NCBI GenBank assembly: GCA_043732305.1
Contig: JAYTHU010000231.1
Coordinates: 1 to 64,000, forward strand
Direction: 5' to 3'
DNA from: Oligoflexia bacterium
GTDB taxonomy: Bacteria; Bdellovibrionota; Bdellovibrionia; JABDDW01
Length of the DNA: 64,000 nt
Shown piece by piece: positions 61,517-64,000 of this stretch; position 1 is the first letter of the stretch; every line of letters starts with the position of its first letter. The notes under the pieces are model-generated. The model did no database searches. It was not told where the DNA came from and worked only from the letters and a program-made list of their open reading frames with translations. A program made the position numbers and the translations under genes.

Positions 61517-62133
61517 CTTACACCTATCCAATAACGCCGAAGAAATCTTGCTGAGTCTTCTGCTAACCTTCCCCTACGATGTAAGTATCTATTGTTGTCA
61601 ATTATTAGCAAATCGTGCTTTTCCCAATAAAATGTAACTCGAAACTTTTCACTTTCTTTGATCGCCTTGCAAATACTTCTAACAACGCTTTCCGATTTTT
61701 TTTGAGCTACTAACCAAGGACAAAAATACATTATTTCAACGCCCTTGATATTTCTTAGAAGCATCGGTACGTGAGAAGTCTCTTTAACACCATTTACCTC
61801 CGTAAAAATTTTTCTCATTTTGCATTTAACCGTATTGGAAATGATATTCTGAATATTAAGCCCGTCTAGAATTTCTGTTGCTTCCCGTGGCTGCGAACCC
61901 GGATTATAGCAATGCCAAGCGATCCATTGTGCCTCGGGTGCATCATTGTGCCAAGCTATCGGTTCCTTTTTAAAAACTTTCGAGTTTTTTAACGGCATCA
62001 ATTTTACATCTGTAACGAGCAAAATCTTACCTAAATATTTAATAACTGACTCAGCACTATCTTTTTTAATGTTTTTGATTAAAACAAAACCATTTGGTCT
62101 GAGTTCTTCGGCCAATATCTTTTTAATCATCAC
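61513..62133 (-). CDS. Fe(II)/2-oxoglutarate oxygenase, TauD/TfdA-like
   Basis: WHND (H-x-D), W...DLLIIDN.R.LH.R (distal His), R.L.R 2OG-binding motif; starts immediately after the upstream stop. Confidence 0.85.
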   Translation of the reverse strand: MMIKKILAEELRPNGFVLIKNIKKDSAESVIKYLGKILLVTDVKLMPLKNSKVFKKEPIAWHNDAPEAQWIAWHCYNPGSQPREATEILDGLNIQNIISNTVKCKMRKIFTEVNGVKETSHVPMLLRNIKGVEIMYFCPWLVAQKKSESVVRSICKAIKESEKFRVTFYWEKHDLLIIDNNRYLHRRGRLAEDSARFLRRYWIGVR

Positions 62134-62580
62134 TTATTCCACCATCTCTGGGAAATGCTTTGCGACAAGTCTCAAGGTGTTATCAATCATCTCTTTTTCA
62201 CAACTGTGACTAATGAATGTGCCCTTGAGTCCCGCGTAAGGAAAGTGATGCAAATATTTACCGAAGATCAAATTACAATTTTTTTTGTAATTTCTTGTGT
62301 CGAGAATATGCAAATGCCAAAATTCGTCGATCTCATAGGTGGGAACTATAAACTGCCGCGGGTACCTCTTGCATAAATACAAGAATATCCTGTATTGTTC
62401 TCCAACTTGATGCGCTTTTTCTTTGCTCCAGCCATATCCTGAGGGCCCGCTAAGGCTTTTAGTCTTAATCCGATTTAAGTTAAGTGTGTCAAGAACCGAC
62501 AAACCAGTTCTTAGTTTCTTAAATTGTTTTTCTCCAAATAACTTTTTTGGAGAGTTAAACATATAGTATTTAGATTTCAT
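62134..62580 (-). CDS. GRDP/DUF1399-like ('glycine-rich domain-containing-like') His-rich protein
   Basis: W......EQYR.FL.L, VPT.EIDEFWH.HILDT..Y...C...FG.YLHHFP; GAGG RBS. Confidence 0.75.
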   Translation of the reverse strand: MKSKYYMFNSPKKLFGEKQFKKLRTGLSVLDTLNLNRIKTKSLSGPSGYGWSKEKAHQVGEQYRIFLYLCKRYPRQFIVPTYEIDEFWHLHILDTRNYKKNCNLIFGKYLHHFPYAGLKGTFISHSCEKEMIDNTLRLVAKHFPEMVE

Positions 62581-62596
62581 GACATTTCCTCAATTG

Positions 62597-62625
62597 AAAA
62601 ATGCTACGGCCTTAAGGTGACCGTA
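62597..62625 (-). terminator. Stem-loop with a short U tract after the small peptide gene (leaky terminator or stabiliser)
   Basis: TACGGTC-ACCTTAA-GGCCGTA-GCATTTTT on the minus strand. Confidence 0.5.
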
Positions 62626-62635
62626 CCGAAGCTAC

Positions 62636-62689
62636 TTATTTATAGCTGGTAGGATTTCCAGTTTTATACGACCATTTGATTTTTTTCAT
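62636..62689 (-). CDS. 17-aa peptide MKKIKWSYKTGNPTSYK (candidate RiPP precursor or leader peptide)
   Basis: AAGGAGG-AAAT-ATG...TAA; first ORF of the operon, below the ORF-track length cutoff. Confidence 0.7.
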   Translation of the reverse strand: MKKIKWSYKTGNPTSYK

Positions 62690-62820
62690 ATTTCCTCCTT
62701 TCTTGAATTAACTCAAATCTGCAAGGTAGGGGCCAATGGATATTTACAGAACATGCGCCTCCCTTATTCACCTAAGATTTGAGTTCCAAAAAAAAAGAAG
62801 TAGGCACATCCTACACATGC

Positions 62821-62849
62821 AAAATAATTTGCATTTCGCAAATTATTTT
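62821..62849. promoter_or_regulatory. Perfect 12-bp inverted repeat (operator or terminator)
   Basis: AAAATAATTTGC-ATTTC-GCAAATTATTTT, upstream of the peptide operon and downstream of the NTase gene. Confidence 0.55.
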
Positions 62850-62965
62850 TTGCGGTTGGGAGAAATGAGGGTTCTCTAGCTAGGTAACTGAGGAATCATA
62901 TATTCCGACTTAAAAAAAGTAGGATCTCGTCTAGGGGAAATAATACGGAGGGACTAAAACCTTGC

Positions 62966-63514
62966 TTACAGCTTTGATTTTTGTAACGCCTTAAGTTGTT
63001 CTAAGAAAATTTTCAATTTATCTAACATTCCTTCAGAGGCTGACCATTTCTTTACCTTTTCTAATTTGATGGGATGATTCTTAGCTACTAAAAGTGCCTG
63101 CTCTAAACTCTGTCTATCCTTCCAATGATAGAAAGCCGCAAGACGGTCCATCACACACTGAGTAGGCGAAAGCAGTTTCAGAACAAATTTACCCGATTTA
63201 ATTCTTGCCTCTGGCTTTTCTGGAGTATCACCAATCATGAGGGTCCTTCCAGGAAACTCTACATAAAACGAAGCTCCGGAATGATAAAAATCTTTACCCT
63301 CAATTTTAAAACCTAGGGAGTACATCACTTTCTCAATTTTTTGATGATCGACAATGCTAAGGAAATTAACATCTTTCGATTTATATTTGTTATTTGAATA
63401 AATAGATACGACTGCGCCCCCAACAAGAATAACATCGATGTCATGTTTTTCTAATTCTGCAGCTACAGTGATCGCAAATTCCCAAAGTGACATTTTTTTA
63501 TTTAAACTTTTCAC
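62966..63514 (-). CDS. Nucleotidyltransferase-fold protein (AbiEii/DUF6036-like)
   Basis: VILVGG.VV.IY....Y.S.DVN, VEFP, PT.CV.DRL.AF..W.D; coupled to the upstream HTH gene. Confidence 0.7.
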   Translation of the reverse strand: MKSLNKKMSLWEFAITVAAELEKHDIDVILVGGAVVSIYSNNKYKSKDVNFLSIVDHQKIEKVMYSLGFKIEGKDFYHSGASFYVEFPGRTLMIGDTPEKPEARIKSGKFVLKLLSPTQCVMDRLAAFYHWKDRQSLEQALLVAKNHPIKLEKVKKWSASEGMLDKLKIFLEQLKALQKSKL

Positions 63515-63839
63515 AATGCTTTGCCCGTTCTTCGTGGCCTCCGGCGCTGCCTATAATATTTTTTTTTTCTTCTGCTGAAATAAACATGAGGGCCTTTTCA
63601 CAAAGCCGTTCCACTTCAATTTTGAGAGGATACCGTGGATTAAATGTGAACATACGAAGATTTCCTAAGTCTCGGCCAACAAGAATTTCACCTTTTTCCA
63701 GACGAATGAGTTGTTTACGAACTTGTGACTTAGACAACTTGAATGTGTTGGCTATGCCAGAAATATTTCCTTCTCCGTAATTTGTTATATAGAGGAGAAT
63801 GCGTTCGGCTGTCTTATTACCTACTAAGGATTCAAGCAT
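63511..63839 (-). CDS. Winged-HTH regulator/antitoxin-like protein, frameshifted in an A10 tract
   Basis: wHTH GIA..F.LS.SQV.KQL.RLE..G.L. Shifting frame at the A10 run (63559-63568) gives KKKYYRQRRRPRRTGKAL*, whose TGA overlaps the NTase GTG. TGnTAATAT lies 6 nt before the ATG. Confidence 0.75.
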
Positions 63840-63950
63840 ATGTTTATATTAGCACAAAGTAGAACGATTGTACTATTTAATAGAACGGAAAAATTTGACT
63901 CGTTCCAAGAGCCGAAATTTTTACTAGTGATTTCAAATAGTTATCAGATT

Positions 63951-64000
63951 TGGTGGAGAGGGTGAGATTCGAACTCACGAACCCCGTGAAGGGTCTCCAG
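63951..64000 (-). tRNA. 3' half of a class II tRNA, most likely tRNA-Ser (anticodon outside the window)
   Basis: Long variable arm, T-arm GTGAG-TTCGAAT-CTCAC, acceptor 3' strand CCTCTCC, A-CCA. Confidence 0.85.

Overview
This is a 64 kb, gene-dense bacterial chromosome segment, most likely from a Bdellovibrionota/Oligoflexia-type organism. That assignment is an inference from a TIGR02147-like gene, the Tgl/PilF-RodZ locus, the icd-mdh-sucCD-ndk-rlmD operon and many orphan secreted proteins. All family assignments come from motif recognition by eye; no database searches were run. The left ~28 kb is mostly core genome: tRNA-Ser(CGA), MFS, HiPIP, divergent msrQ/msrP, nadE, DnaQ-like exonuclease, ferredoxin, GT-C/RodZ/PilF, a TCA operon, and an MCE (Mla-like) transporter. 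That transporter's two ATPases carry complementary degenerate motifs. The right ~36 kb is accessory and partly decaying. It holds ygiD, kinases, a complete cyanophycin locus (hemerythrin-cphA-iadA-cphB) behind a triple-PAS hybrid kinase, a DUF2156-rhomboid fusion, a degenerate Lgt, ogt, a pilin, a DUF2779-like nuclease, rcnR-rcnA, USP, cls and several pseudogenes. It ends in the 3' half of a second tRNA-Ser. The best candidate for an undescribed system is an AT-rich, tightly coupled minus-strand operon at 60.4-62.8 kb. It begins with a 17-aa peptide missed by the ORF track (MKKIKWSYKTGNPTSYK, perfect AAGGAGG RBS, followed by a stem-loop). Next come a His-rich GRDP/DUF1399-like protein, an Fe(II)/2OG TauD-type oxygenase and an MFS exporter. 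This is the architecture of a minimal RiPP-like biosynthetic cluster.
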